DNA of 64,000 bases from Candidatus Sumerlaeia bacterium (GCA_033764015.1 JANRJK010000039.1:32001-96000); one strand, 5' to 3'; counted from the stretch's first letter, positions 1-10,653 are shown. Notes: generated by a model from the sequence alone, not told the origin. Made by a program: numbers and translations.

Positions 1-1
1 G

Positions 2-889
2 GCCTGCGCCGCGGGCTACATGCTGTTCGTGGCGTCGATGACATTGCCCCACTTCCTGCTGTACGGGGCGGGTCCCTCTCCGGAATTGATGCGCACTTTC
101 CTGCGACTCGGCGCGTTCGGATTCGTTTTCGCCGTGGTGGGCTTCTACATCGTGCTCGGCCAGGACGAGGAGCGCCGCGCGCGGCTCCTCGAGCGGGACG
201 CCCGCCGCCTCGCGCGCCTGGCGGAGCAGGCGCGCCTCGTCGCCCTCCGCGCGCAGATCAACCCGCACTTCTTCTTCAACGCGCTCAACACCGTCGCCGC
301 GCTGATCCCCACGCGCCCCGCGGACGCGGAGCGCGCCGTCGAGCTCCTCGCGCAGGCGCTCCGCCCCGTGCTGACCCGCGAGCAGCCGTTGCTCGCCAAC
401 GTCGCCTCGGAGGTGGAAGTGGCGCGCGCCTACGGCGAGGTCGAACGGCTCCGCGCCGGCGAGCGCCTAGCGCTGACCTTCGACATCGAGCCCGCCGCCG
501 CGGCGCGCGAGGTTCCTTCGCTGCTCCTCCAACCACTTGTCGAGAACTCGGTGCGCTACGGCCTCGATGCCACCACGGGGACGGTGGCGATCGCGGTCCG
601 CGCCCGGATCGACGGAGGCGCGTTGCGCCTCGAGGTCGAGAACCGCGCAACCGGCGCCGCGGGTCCCGCCACCGGCGAAGCCGCCCACCGGCCGGGCCAC
701 GCGCTCCACAATGTAGCGCAACGACTGCGCGCGCTCTTCGGCCCCGACGCCGGAATCCGCTGCGAAGTCGGCAAGGGCTGGGCGCGCGCGGAGGTCCGCA
801 TCCCCGCCACGGCGCCCGCACCCGAGGTGCTCGCCGCCGCCGAGCGCGCGCGCCGCTCCGCCCCGCCCCTGCTCACGGCGGAGGCGTGA
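2..889 (+). CDS. LytS/YehU-type sensor histidine kinase (5'-partial; frame is open to the window edge, first ATG at 20)
   Basis: TM segments, then the signature LRAQINPHFFFNALN and LLQPLVENSVRYG; followed directly by a LytTR regulator. Confidence 0.9.
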   Translation, partial: ACAAGYMLFVASMTLPHFLLYGAGPSPELMRTFLRLGAFGFVFAVVGFYIVLGQDEERRARLLERDARRLARLAEQARLVALRAQINPHFFFNALNTVAALIPTRPADAERAVELLAQALRPVLTREQPLLANVASEVEVARAYGEVERLRAGERLALTFDIEPAAAAREVPSLLLQPLVENSVRYGLDATTGTVAIAVRARIDGGALRLEVENRATGAAGPATGEAAHRPGHALHNVAQRLRALFGPDAGIRCEVGKGWARAEVRIPATAPAPEVLAAAERARRSAPPLLTAEA

Positions 890-890
890 C

Positions 891-1604
891 ATGTCGGCCG
901 CCACGCTCCGGGTGCTGATCGTCGACGACGAGCCGCTCGCGCGGGAGCGGCTGCGCATGCTGCTCGCGCGCGTCGGCGGCAACGACGTCGCCGGCGAGGC
1001 CGCCGACGGCCACCAGGCGCTCCGCGCGATCGACGAACTGCAGCCCGACGTGGTCTTTCTCGACATCCGCATGCCCGGCCTGGACGGCCTCCGCGTGATC
1101 GAGGCGCTCGACGACCCCCCGCCGGTTGTGCTCTCCACCGCGCACGAGGAGCACGCGGTCCGGGCCTTCGACCTCGACGTGGCGGACTACCTGCTCAAGC
1201 CCTACTCCGCGGAGCGCGTGGCGCGCGCGCTCGACCGTGCGCGCCGGCTCGCCTCGCCCGCCCCGCCGACCCGTGCCGCCACCCGCGTCGCCGCCCAGGA
1301 CGGCGCCTCCACGGTGCTGGTGCCTGTCGACGCGATCGTGGCGATCCGTCTGGAGGAAGGCGTCGTGTTCATCCACCGCGAGGATGGCGAGCGGCTGATC
1401 GCGGACGACCCCTTGCAGCGCCTCGAGGAGATCCTCGCCGGAGGCGACCTGCTCCGGGTCAGCAGGCAGGCGCTGGTCAACTTGCGCCGCGTCGAGTCCT
1501 TCGAGCCCACCGACGAGGGTGGCCTCCGGCTGCGCCTCTCCGACGGTTCGACCGAGACCGCGTCGCGGCGGCGGGCCCGCGCGGTTCGCGCGCGGCTGGG
1601 GTAG
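891..1604 (+). CDS. LytTR-family response regulator
   Basis: Receiver motifs IVDDEPLAR, FLDIRMP, DYLLKP; C-terminal LytTR-like RVSRQALVNL...SRRRA. Confidence 0.92.
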   Translation: MSAATLRVLIVDDEPLARERLRMLLARVGGNDVAGEAADGHQALRAIDELQPDVVFLDIRMPGLDGLRVIEALDDPPPVVLSTAHEEHAVRAFDLDVADYLLKPYSAERVARALDRARRLASPAPPTRAATRVAAQDGASTVLVPVDAIVAIRLEEGVVFIHREDGERLIADDPLQRLEEILAGGDLLRVSRQALVNLRRVESFEPTDEGGLRLRLSDGSTETASRRRARAVRARLG

Positions 1605-1658
1605 CCACACCGTTCCCGCTTGTCCACCGGCCCCCCTCGGCGTCCATCAAGGGGAGCC

Positions 1659-2300
1659 ATGGTCGCCACCGCCCTCGCCCTAGCCGCCGCCTACCTCGCC
1701 GGCGCGATCCCAACCGGCCTGTTCGTCGGGAAGGCGAAGGGCGTGGACCTGCGCGAGGTCGGCTCGAAGAACATCGGCTTCACCAATGCGTGGCGGGTGC
1801 TCGGCGCAGGCCCCGGGCTGGTGGTTCTGGTGGTGGATGTGGGCAAGGCGTTCGCCGCCGCGCGCTACCTTCCTCCACTGGCCGACAGCTCCGCGGCATG
1901 GGTGCCGGCCGCGGCGGGGATTGCGGTGCTGCTGGGCAACTTCTTCAACGTGTTCCTGCGCGGCAAGGGCGGCAAGGGAGTGGCCACGGGGCTCGGTGTC
2001 TTCGCCGCCCTCGCGCCCCAGTCCATCGGCGCCGCCGCGGTCGTCTTCTTCCTCACGGTGGCGGCGACGCGCTACATCAGCCTCGGCTCGCTGCTCGCCG
2101 TGACAGTGCTGCTCGCGGGCACGCTCTACTGGGACGACTGGCCGGTGCGCGCCATCGCCGCGCTGACCTGGGCGCTCGTCGTCTACAAGCACCGCGAGAA
2201 CATCGGGCGCCTCCGCGCCGGCACCGAGCGCAAGTTCGGCCGCGCAGGCTCGGAGCCCTCCAAGCCCGAAACGCTGGACGGTGGAAGCCAGCCCCGCTAG
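1659..2300 (+). CDS. plsY: glycerol-3-phosphate 1-O-acyltransferase PlsY
   Basis: YLAGAIPTG, GSKNIGFTNAWR, GGKGVATG, HRENIGRL motifs; ATG at 1659 follows GGGGAG. Confidence 0.93.
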   Translation: MVATALALAAAYLAGAIPTGLFVGKAKGVDLREVGSKNIGFTNAWRVLGAGPGLVVLVVDVGKAFAAARYLPPLADSSAAWVPAAAGIAVLLGNFFNVFLRGKGGKGVATGLGVFAALAPQSIGAAAVVFFLTVAATRYISLGSLLAVTVLLAGTLYWDDWPVRAIAALTWALVVYKHRENIGRLRAGTERKFGRAGSEPSKPETLDGGSQPR

Positions 2301-2353
2301 CATCACCGGGAACACCAACGCTTCGACCACCCCGCCGACGGAGGCGCCCCCCG

Positions 2354-5300
2354 GTGACGACGCCGCCGCAATCGCACGACCCCTCCGAAGAGTTCGCCAA
2401 CCTAGGCGGCCTGCCCGCCGAGGCCACGGCCTCCTACCTTGGTCCGCCCTCGGCGGTAGCCCGGGAATCCGCGACGCTTGGCACCGTGTCGTTGTGGGCG
2501 GTGCCGTCGGCGGCGGGCGAATTCGCCGCTCTCGCGCCGACGGAGGCCGCCGCTCCGATGTACCGCCTGAAGCGTATCGTCGGCCGCGGCGGCATGGGCG
2601 AAGTGTGGGAGGCGGAGCAGGTCAGCCTCCGCCGCAGCGTCGCCGTGAAGCGCGCGCAACTCCCCGCCGGCTCGGGCGCCGACGATCCCCGCCTCGCGGA
2701 GTTCCAGCGCGAAGCGCTCATCTCCGCCCGACTCGAGCACCCGAACATCGTCCCGGTCCACGACCTCGGCAAGGACGAGGCGGGCCGACCGCTGCTCGCG
2801 ATGAAGCTCGTCGAGGGCCGCGGCTGGGACCGCGCGCTCCGCGAGGAATTCGGCTCGCTCTCAGCCAGCGAGTTCCTCGCGAAGCACCTCCCGATCTTGA
2901 TCGACGTGGCCCAGGCGGTCGCCTTCGCCCACGACCGCGGCGTGCTCCACCGCGACCTCAAGCCCTCGCAGGTGATGCTCGGCGCCTACGGCGAAGTGAT
3001 GCTGATGGATTGGGGCCTCGCCATGTACGTCGGCGACGCGCCGGACCCGGACCTCGCCCGGAGCCTCCCCACGCGCGCGACCGCCAGCTCGCCCTCCGGC
3101 ACCCCCGCCCTCATGGCGCCGGAGCAAACCGACCGCGACACCTCGCGCACCGGCACGTGGACCGACGTCTATCTGCTCGGGGGCACCCTTTACTACCTGC
3201 TGACGGGCACTTTCCCGCACGATGCGCCGACCGCCGCGATCGCCATGGCGAAGGCGCGCTCTGGAGTCGTCGCCCCCCCGCGCGGGCGCGCACCGCAACG
3301 CGACGTCCCGGCGGACCTCGAAGCGCTTTGCATGGAGTCGCTCCTGCCGGACCCCGCCGCGCGGCTCGCCTCGGCCAAGGAGTTCGCTTCGCGGCTCGGG
3401 GACCATCTCAGCGGAGCCACCCGGCGGCGGGAGTCCCAATCGCTCGGGAGGGTTGTCGCCGAAGCTCCGCTCGAGTCCTCGCGCGGCTACCGTGCGTTCG
3501 TTGAAGCCCAGTCGCAGCTCGCCCGCGCCCGGGCGCTCTGGTTCGACAACCCGGAACTTGATCAGCTCGAAGAGCGCGTCGCGGTCGCCTACGCGGAGGC
3601 GGCGCTCAGCCGGCGCGACCTCGTCCTCGCGAACGAACAGGCGGAACGGCTCCCCCCCGGAGCCGCGCGGAGCGCGCTCGCCCGCCGGGTGGACGCCGCG
3701 ATCGCCGCCGCGCGCCGCCGCGAGCTCCAGCGCCGCGCGTCCATCGCCGCGGTCCTCGTGCTGGCGGTCGTCTCGACCGCGCTGGCCGTCTGGAGCGACG
3801 GCCTTCGCCGCGACGCCGAGCGCGCCCGCGCCCGCGCGGACGAGCAGTTCCAGGCCGCCGAGGCGGCCCGCGCCGCCGCCTCCCGCGAGCGCGACGCCGC
3901 CGACGCCGCGCGCCTCCGCGCCCAGGACTCCCGCGACCGGGCCGAGGGACTCATCAACTTCATGCTCTCCGACCTGCGGACCGGACTCGCAGAGGTCGGG
4001 CGCATCGACCTCCTCGAGTCCGTCGCGGCCCGGGCGGTCGGATTCTTCGAGGAGAATCCGGTGGCCCCCGAGGACCCCCTCCGGGCCCAGGCGACGCGCG
4101 CGCTGGCGCTGGGATCCCTTGCGATCGTCCTTTACGACCAAGGGAAGTTCGAGGAGGCCGACGCCGCCGCCGCCGCCGCCGTGGAGGCCGGCCGGCCACC
4201 AGCAGCGCAGGCCGGGAGTCCCGAGGACGTGGCGCCCCTGCTCGCCGCGCTCGATGTGCGGGTTCGGATTTCCCAGGAACGCGTCGGCGTCGAGGAGTGG
4301 AGGGCGCGCCTCGATGCGTTCGAGGATGCGGCGGCCAGCCTTCCCGCTGACCTGGTGCGCGCCTCCACGGCCTACCCGCGGCTGGCCATGGTGCCTCGCG
4401 CGCGCGCCGCCCTTCGCCTTTTCGCGGGCGACACTTCGGGTTCCCTCGATATCGCCTCCGCGGCTTTCGCTGAATGGGACGCGCGCCTCGACGGGGACCC
4501 CGCGCTCGGGGTCCCCGAGTACTATGTCAATCTCGCGGAGCTCGCCGTCGCCGCCGGCGACAGCAGGCTGCTCGCGAGCGAGCCGGACTCCGCAGCCGGG
4601 TGGTACCGCCGCGCCGCAGGGATCATCGACGAAGGAATCGCGCGCCATCCCCGCTCCACATCGCTCATCTATTCCTCCACGGTTTCCGGAGCCCGCCTAG
4701 GGTATACCCTGCAGGACTTCCTGGGGCGGACCGACGAAGCGCTCGAGGTGAACTCACGGATCGCGGAGGTGAACCGCCGCCTCGTCGAACTGGCGCCAAC
4801 CAACGCGCAGTACCACGACAGCCATGCTGTCCAGCTGGTGCTCGTCGGATACGGACTCCAGTCCCTCGGACGGAACACCGAAGCGCTAGAGTCGTTCCGC
4901 GGCGCAGTCGCCGCCCAGCGTGAGGCGCTCCGGTTCTCCCCCGACACCGCGCCGGCCAAGTGGTTCCGCCTCGCGGACCGCCTGTCGAACCTCGGCCAGC
5001 ACGCCGTCGCCGTGGGGCGCGGGGAGGAGGCGCTCGCGTGCATCGCGGAACTCGACGCCATCGAGGACCGCGTCCGCGGCACCGACGTCTGGGACGCGGC
5101 GCTCGGCCAGGCCTTCACCCAGTCGCAGGTCTTCCACTTCGCCCTGACCCGCATCTCGCTCGCCACTGTGCGCAACCAGGAGGGGAGCCACCGCGAGGCG
5201 CTCGCGCTCCTCGAACCGGTGCTGCGCAACCTCGGCGGCGATCCGCCTCCGATCGGTTTCGTCTACCCGCAATTCATCCATGTGGTCCGGCTGCGCAACG

Positions 5301-5725
5301 AAGCCGCGCGGGCGTGCTCCGCCCTCGGCGACCCTGCCCGGGCGGCGGCCCTGGTCCAGGGCGCCTTGGCCATCTCGAACGCGCACACCGCGTCGGAATC
5401 GCGCGCCGGCCTGCCGAACGAACGGGCTCTTCAGGAGGCGCTCGGCCACGAGTCCGTCTCGCACCTCCTGGCCGCCCAAGCCGCCGCCCTGCGAGGCGAT
5501 CGTGCCGCCATGGAGCAATCCCTCGCGGAGGCCCTCCGACTCGCGCCGCTCGGGCTGCCGGCTTGGGGAGCCCTCTCGCCCCACGAGCGCGCCTTCGAGG
5601 CCGCCGCGATCCGGGGCGACCGGGCGGCTGCTCTGTCTGCGCTCGAACAACTTGGCGGCGCGGAATCGCTCAACGCATGGCAACGCTCGCTCGCGCCGGC
5701 GGCATGGGGTTTGGCGGGGGAGTAG
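2354..5725 (+). CDS. Hanks-type Ser/Thr protein kinase with TM segment, coiled coil and TPR-like helical C-terminus
   Basis: GRGGMGEVW, VAVK, LEHPNIVPVHD, HRDLKPSQ, DWG, GTPALMAPEQ, DVYLLG; start placed at GTG 2354 because the longer ORF overlaps plsY. Confidence 0.88.
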   Translation: MTTPPQSHDPSEEFANLGGLPAEATASYLGPPSAVARESATLGTVSLWAVPSAAGEFAALAPTEAAAPMYRLKRIVGRGGMGEVWEAEQVSLRRSVAVKRAQLPAGSGADDPRLAEFQREALISARLEHPNIVPVHDLGKDEAGRPLLAMKLVEGRGWDRALREEFGSLSASEFLAKHLPILIDVAQAVAFAHDRGVLHRDLKPSQVMLGAYGEVMLMDWGLAMYVGDAPDPDLARSLPTRATASSPSGTPALMAPEQTDRDTSRTGTWTDVYLLGGTLYYLLTGTFPHDAPTAAIAMAKARSGVVAPPRGRAPQRDVPADLEALCMESLLPDPAARLASAKEFASRLGDHLSGATRRRESQSLGRVVAEAPLESSRGYRAFVEAQSQLARARALWFDNPELDQLEERVAVAYAEAALSRRDLVLANEQAERLPPGAARSALARRVDAAIAAARRRELQRRASIAAVLVLAVVSTALAVWSDGLRRDAERARARADEQFQAAEAARAAASRERDAADAARLRAQDSRDRAEGLINFMLSDLRTGLAEVGRIDLLESVAARAVGFFEENPVAPEDPLRAQATRALALGSLAIVLYDQGKFEEADAAAAAAVEAGRPPAAQAGSPEDVAPLLAALDVRVRISQERVGVEEWRARLDAFEDAAASLPADLVRASTAYPRLAMVPRARAALRLFAGDTSGSLDIASAAFAEWDARLDGDPALGVPEYYVNLAELAVAAGDSRLLASEPDSAAGWYRRAAGIIDEGIARHPRSTSLIYSSTVSGARLGYTLQDFLGRTDEALEVNSRIAEVNRRLVELAPTNAQYHDSHAVQLVLVGYGLQSLGRNTEALESFRGAVAAQREALRFSPDTAPAKWFRLADRLSNLGQHAVAVGRGEEALACIAELDAIEDRVRGTDVWDAALGQAFTQSQVFHFALTRISLATVRNQEGSHREALALLEPVLRNLGGDPPPIGFVYPQFIHVVRLRNEAARACSALGDPARAAALVQGALAISNAHTASESRAGLPNERALQEALGHESVSHLLAAQAAALRGDRAAMEQSLAEALRLAPLGLPAWGALSPHERAFEAAAIRGDRAAALSALEQLGGAESLNAWQRSLAPAAWGLAGE

Positions 5726-5728
5726 CGC

Positions 5729-6880
5729 CTACCCGCGCTTGCCGCCCGCGAGCAGCCCGCGCACGGGGCGTGTCGCGAGGCGCGCCGCGATGGTGCGCTG
5801 TGCCCGCGCCTCGTCCTCCGGCGCCAGGAAGTCGATCCGCGCCGCCGCGACCAGCACCGACTCCGGCACCCGGTTCGGATCGTCCAGTTTCACCGCGTCC
5901 TTCTCGGTGATCGCGATGAAGTCCGCCCCGAGCCGCTTGCGGCTCGCGTCCAGCTTGCGAAGCTCCTTCGCCGTCAGCCCCTCGTGGTCCGCGAGGTAGC
6001 GCGCCGCCATCACGCGCATTCCCGCGCCTTCGAGCGTCTGGCGGAACGAGCGCGGATTGGCGAGCCCGCAGGCCAGGACCACCTTGCGGCCGCGCAGCTC
6101 CTCCGCGGTGATCTCCGCCGTCTCGTGGAACAACCGCCCCGAGACCAAGCCCACATCGGTGCGGACTAGCGGGAGGCCCGGGTGTTCGCGCTTCAGCCAG
6201 CGCAGCAGCCGCCTCGCCTCGTCGCCCGCCTGGTGCATGCGCGTGGCGACGACCAGGTGGGCGTTGCGCAGCGCGCCGAGCGGCTCGCGGAGCGTGCCCC
6301 GCGGGAAGAGCTGCAACTCCTCGAGCGGCCGAGTCGCGTCCAGCAGCACGATGTCGCAGTCGCGCGCCATCGCGAGGTGCTGGAATCCGTCGTCGAGCAC
6401 GAGCGAATCGACCGCGAGGCGCTTGACCGCGAGGCGCGCCGCGCGCGAGCGGTCCGCGCACGCGACGATCGGAGTGTCGCCCAGCAGCCGCGCCAACAGC
6501 ACCGGCTCGTCGCCCGCGGTCCGCGTCGTCGCCTTCAGGTACTTGCCGTCGTGGACGATCGTGAGCTGCGACTCGTCCTCGCGGCCGTAGCCCCGCGTGA
6601 GGATCGCGGGGCGCTTGCCGGTCGATTGCATCCAGCGCGTGAGCCAGACGCAGAACGGGGTCTTGCCGGTGCCGCCGAGCGTCAGGTTGCCGACACTGAC
6701 GACGGGCACCGGGGCGCGGTGGCGCTCCCGGATGCCGGTGTCGTAGAGGAGGCGGTTCGCCGCGGCGCCGGCGCCGTAGGCCAGACCGAGCGGCGCGAGG
6801 ACGCGCTGCAGCGCCAGCTCCGCGGGCGAGTGCGGGCGGCCGTCGTCCGCCAGGCGGAGGAACTGCTCGCGGAGGCCCAT
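5729..6880 (-). CDS. lpxK: tetraacyldisaccharide 4'-kinase
   Basis: VSVGNLTLGGTGKTP, TRGYGR, GDEP, LDDGFQH, PRGTLREP, TEKDAVK. Confidence 0.96.
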   Translation of the reverse strand: MGLREQFLRLADDGRPHSPAELALQRVLAPLGLAYGAGAAANRLLYDTGIRERHRAPVPVVSVGNLTLGGTGKTPFCVWLTRWMQSTGKRPAILTRGYGREDESQLTIVHDGKYLKATTRTAGDEPVLLARLLGDTPIVACADRSRAARLAVKRLAVDSLVLDDGFQHLAMARDCDIVLLDATRPLEELQLFPRGTLREPLGALRNAHLVVATRMHQAGDEARRLLRWLKREHPGLPLVRTDVGLVSGRLFHETAEITAEELRGRKVVLACGLANPRSFRQTLEGAGMRVMAARYLADHEGLTAKELRKLDASRKRLGADFIAITEKDAVKLDDPNRVPESVLVAAARIDFLAPEDEARAQRTIAARLATRPVRGLLAGGKRG

Positions 6881-7611
6881 CAGCCCTTACCCCCTTCCAG
6901 CAGGTCGTGCCGGCGCAGGAAGCTGTAGGCGTTGGCGGCGCGGTGCGCGGCGCGGGCGTAGCCCTGCGGCAGCGCCGCCGAAGGCGGCGCGACCTCCGAG
7001 GGCGCCGTCGCGAGGTCGGCCACCACCTGCGCCATCGCCTTCTGGCTGCGTCCGAACCCCATGTCCACCGCGCACGCGGAGCTTTCCTCGAGCGTGTCGA
7101 GGAAGTGCCGCAGTGTCGCGTCGCTCCGGTTCATCATCGCGGGGAAATCGAACATGGCCGTGTCCAGCCGCGGCGTCACCGGCGAGGACTTGCGCACCAG
7201 GTCTACCCATCGCGTCAGCGTGCCGTCGACGCGCTCGACCTCCATCAGCACCAGCGCGGCGATGTCGTTCCAGGGGCAGAAGATCGGCTGGCCGGCGAAG
7301 TCGGTCAGCGCCATGCCCCCGCCGCCGTGGCGGGCGTCCTTCACCCAGATGAAGAGGTGCCCGCGGAGCGCGCCGTCGGAGACCACGAATGCTCGCGCGC
7401 CGAAGGCCTCGAGCTGCTGCTTGAGGCCCTCCGCGTTCGCCACCTTCGCGAACCGCCGCAGGACCGTGTAGCCGGGCGACTTGAACAGGCCGGGGACGTT
7501 CGCCTCCTCCTCTTGGAGCAGGCGCGCCACGGGGCGCGCGGGCAGTTCCAGCTCCGGCGGCTGCGGCGGCAGGATCAGGTAGTAGGTTTGCTGCGGTGCC
7601 GGTGCGGCCAT
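6880..7611 (-). CDS. hypothetical protein
   Basis: Natural-looking composition from MAAPAPQQTYYL; stop overlaps the lpxK start (TGATG). Confidence 0.7.
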   Translation of the reverse strand: MAAPAPQQTYYLILPPQPPELELPARPVARLLQEEEANVPGLFKSPGYTVLRRFAKVANAEGLKQQLEAFGARAFVVSDGALRGHLFIWVKDARHGGGGMALTDFAGQPIFCPWNDIAALVLMEVERVDGTLTRWVDLVRKSSPVTPRLDTAMFDFPAMMNRSDATLRHFLDTLEESSACAVDMGFGRSQKAMAQVVADLATAPSEVAPPSAALPQGYARAAHRAANAYSFLRRHDLLEGGKG

Positions 7612-7679
7612 TGCGCGAGCCTCGCTGCGGTGCGTGATGCGACCACGCAACGCCCCCGTGCAACGCGGGGCAAGGGCCG

Positions 7680-8834
7680 CTACCGCGCGGCCGCGGCGAA
7701 CAGCGCCTCGACGAACGCGAGCGGCTCGAAGTCCCGCAGGTCGTCGATCCCCTCGCCGACCCCCACGAGCGTAACCGGGATGTCGAAGCGGTCGCGCAGC
7801 GTCACCAGCACGCCGCCCTTCGCGGTCCCGTCCAGCTTTGTCATCACAATGCCCGTGATCGGCACCGACTTCGAGAACTCCGCCACCTGGTTGACGGCGT
7901 TCTGCCCCGTCGTCGCGTCGATCACGATCAGCGTCTCGTGGGGCGCGGCGGGAATCTGCTTCTTGATCACGCGGGAGACCTTCTCGAGCTCCGCCATCAG
8001 GTTGCTCTTGGTGTGCAGACGCCCCGCGGTGTCGATCAGCACCACATCGCAGGCCCGCACCGAGGGCCGCTGGAGCGCGTCGAAGACCAGCGAGCCGGCG
8101 TCCGCTCCGTGCGGCGCCTTGACGATCTCCGCGCCGGACCGCGCCGCCCACACGTCGAGCTGCTCCACCGCCGCCGCCCGGAACGTGTCGCCGGCCACCA
8201 GCGCCACCTTGAGCCCCTCGTCCGCGAAGCGCTTCGCCATCTTGCCGATCGTCGTCGTCTTCCCGACGCCGTTCACCCCGACGACCATGACGACGTAGGG
8301 CGGCGCGACGCCGCGGGGATCGACCGACCGTCCGCGGCGCAGGAACACGCGCGCGATCTCGTCCTTCACCGCGGCCATCACCGCGTCGCGGCCCTCGATG
8401 CGCTCGCGCCGCGCCCGCTCCCGCAGGCGCGAGACGATCTTGCCCGTCGTCTCCATCGATACGTCGCTCTGGATGAGCACCTCTTCGATCGTGTCGAGGG
8501 TTTCCGAGTCCAGCTTGGCGCCGATGCCGAGGACGCTGCGCAGGCGCCCGGTGAGCGAACTCGAAGCCTTGCCGAGCCTCTCCGTCAGCCGCGCGAACCA
8601 CCCGCCTCCCGGCTCTTCCGGCATCGGCTCGGCGCCGACCTTCTTGCCGCCGCCGAACAGGCCGCGCAGCAAGCCACGCTTCGCTTCCGGCGCCGGCTCC
8701 GCAGGGGAGGGAGCCGGGTCAGCGGCCGCCGGGGCGCCCTGCTCCTTCTTCCACTCGACGACGCGGCTGAAGAACCCCGGCCGCAACTCGCGCTCCGTCG
8801 GCTGCTCCTGCGCTTCCCGCGGTTCCTCGGACAT
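7680..8834 (-). CDS. ftsY: signal recognition particle receptor FtsY
   Basis: GVNGVGKTTTIGK, DTFRAAA, DTAGR, DATTGQN, TKLDGTAKGG. Confidence 0.97.
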   Translation of the reverse strand: MSEEPREAQEQPTERELRPGFFSRVVEWKKEQGAPAAADPAPSPAEPAPEAKRGLLRGLFGGGKKVGAEPMPEEPGGGWFARLTERLGKASSSLTGRLRSVLGIGAKLDSETLDTIEEVLIQSDVSMETTGKIVSRLRERARRERIEGRDAVMAAVKDEIARVFLRRGRSVDPRGVAPPYVVMVVGVNGVGKTTTIGKMAKRFADEGLKVALVAGDTFRAAAVEQLDVWAARSGAEIVKAPHGADAGSLVFDALQRPSVRACDVVLIDTAGRLHTKSNLMAELEKVSRVIKKQIPAAPHETLIVIDATTGQNAVNQVAEFSKSVPITGIVMTKLDGTAKGGVLVTLRDRFDIPVTLVGVGEGIDDLRDFEPLAFVEALFAAAAR

Positions 8835-8838
8835 CCGG

Positions 8839-9567
8839 TCAGCCCCGCCCTTCGACGAGCGCCACCATGTCGCGCACCGCGCGGTCCATCCCGGCGAACA
8901 CGGCGCGGCCCACGATCGCGTGGCCGATGTTCAGCTCGTTCATTCCCTCGATCCGCGCCACGGGGACCACGTTGCGGTAGTTGAGCCCGTGCCCGGCGTT
9001 CACCACGAGGCCGAGCGCCCGCGCCTCCGAGCACGCCCGCTCCAGCCTCGCGAACTCCTCCGCCGCGCCGGCGGGGGAGTGGTCGTAGAGTTCGCAATAG
9101 CGTCCCGTGTGGAACTCCACGTGCGTCGCGCCGAGCGCGGCGGACGCCCGGATATGCTCGCTATCCGGATCGATGAACATGCTCACGGCGACGCCCAGCG
9201 CCCGGAGCGCCGCGGTCCCCCCAGCGAGCGCGGGACCGGCGCCGGCGACGTCGAGGCCCCCCTCGGTGGTGACCTCCTCCCGGCGTTCCGGCACGTAGGT
9301 CACTTGGTGCGGGCGCAGGCGGGACGCGATGGCCAGCATCTCGGCCGTGCAGGCCATCTCCATGTTGAGGAGCCCCTTCACCGTGGCCTTCAACAGCTCG
9401 GCGTCCCGGTCCGTGATGTGGCGGCGGTCCTCGCGGAGGTGGAAGGTGATGCCGCATGCGCCGGCGAGTTCGCAAAGCGCCGCCGCGTGCACCGGATCCG
9501 GCTCGGTGATGCGGCGCGCGTTGCGGACCGTCGCGACGTGGTCGATGTTGACGCAGAGCTTCGCCAT
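8839..9567 (-). CDS. pdxJ: pyridoxine 5'-phosphate synthase
   Basis: [44 protein letters not shown]. Confidence 0.97.
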   Translation of the reverse strand: MAKLCVNIDHVATVRNARRITEPDPVHAAALCELAGACGITFHLREDRRHITDRDAELLKATVKGLLNMEMACTAEMLAIASRLRPHQVTYVPERREEVTTEGGLDVAGAGPALAGGTAALRALGVAVSMFIDPDSEHIRASAALGATHVEFHTGRYCELYDHSPAGAAEEFARLERACSEARALGLVVNAGHGLNYRNVVPVARIEGMNELNIGHAIVGRAVFAGMDRAVRDMVALVEGRG

Positions 9568-9576
9568 GGGCGTGTG

Positions 9577-10653
9577 CTACTCCAGTTCTCTCGGATCAGG
9601 CCCCGGAGTCCGGGAAGCCTCGATGGAGACGCGGACCGTCCGCGGCGAGTTCTCCACCTGCAGGGACGCGCCGGCGCGGGCCTCCTCGCGGACAGTCACG
9701 CGCACCGGCACCTCCTGGGTGCTCCCCGCCTCCTCAAGCACATCCGAGACCGTTGCGAAGAGATCCTCCGGGCCGAGCGCGGCGACCACGCTCCGCGGGC
9801 CCGAGACCGTCACGGAGACGTTCGCGGGGAAGACCGTCGCGTCCAGCCCCGCGAGCACCGGCGTGTACGGCACCGGCACTCCGGTGAAGGTCCGCGACGT
9901 GCTCGATTCGATCAGCTCGACGGTGACCGACACGCTTTGCGGCGAAACCGCCGGCAGCGGCTTGATCCCCTCGTTGACCGGGTACTCCACCCGCACCCGC
10001 TCCTCCACAAGCCGGGTGCGCCCTTCGAGGGACACCTGCTCCGTGCGCAGGACCGGCGCGACATCCTCACCGCTCGCGAGGCGCTGCTCGACCCGCTCCG
10101 TGATGGCGGCGCGGACCTTCGGGGGTTCGACCACCATCGTATCGAGCGACGCCTCGTACCCCTCCGCCGGGGAGCCGGTCACCAGCGGCGCCACATCGAA
10201 CTCCCAGATCCGGTAGCGCGCGTACCAGACGATGCGCTTCACGTCCCGGAGTCCGGTCGGCATCATCCCCTCCGGCGGGGTGAAGCCCGGCTTCGGCACC
10301 ACGTCCGCCACGGTGATCGCCTCCGAGTCCTCGCGCTGCAGGTCCGAATTGGGGTCCGGCCGAACGCGCGAGCCACGGACCTCGACCCGCCAGTCGGCCG
10401 GCGACAGCAGCCGCTCCGCGACGTTCGGAAAGGTGAAGACCACCGGCACGGTCCGCGTGGCGTCGTCCAGGTCGAATTCGATCGTTTCGTCCAGCCCCAC
10501 GACGACCACCGGGATGTTGAGCGTGGTCGTCGAGGTGTCCTGGTTCTTGACGATGAACCAGACGAGGATGCCGAGGAGGAGCGAGGCCGCGGCGGTGCCG
10601 AGCCATCCCCCCCGCTCGGCGCCGGCGGCGCGCTCAGCGCCCTGCTTCGCCAT
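9577..10653 (-). CDS. cdaR: YbbR-domain protein (CdaR-like regulator of diadenylate cyclase)
   Basis: N-terminal TM SLLLGILVWFIV, repeated beta-rich PxxVxVxVSGP units; overlaps the cdaA 3' end. Confidence 0.8.
   Translation of the reverse strand: MAKQGAERAAGAERGGWLGTAAASLLLGILVWFIVKNQDTSTTTLNIPVVVVGLDETIEFDLDDATRTVPVVFTFPNVAERLLSPADWRVEVRGSRVRPDPNSDLQREDSEAITVADVVPKPGFTPPEGMMPTGLRDVKRIVWYARYRIWEFDVAPLVTGSPAEGYEASLDTMVVEPPKVRAAITERVEQRLASGEDVAPVLRTEQVSLEGRTRLVEERVRVEYPVNEGIKPLPAVSPQSVSVTVELIESSTSRTFTGVPVPYTPVLAGLDATVFPANVSVTVSGPRSVVAALGPEDLFATVSDVLEEAGSTQEVPVRVTVREEARAGASLQVENSPRTVRVSIEASRTPGPDPRELE

Noticed and set aside
1790..2353. Long N-terminal extensions in the ORF track (kinase; also 6880-8601, 13216-14604, 15286-17541, 24635-28579, 57571-59091, 59532-62780)
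   Set aside because: They overlap upstream genes in another frame and are low-complexity; downstream starts with signal peptides, an RBS or stop/start overlaps fit better
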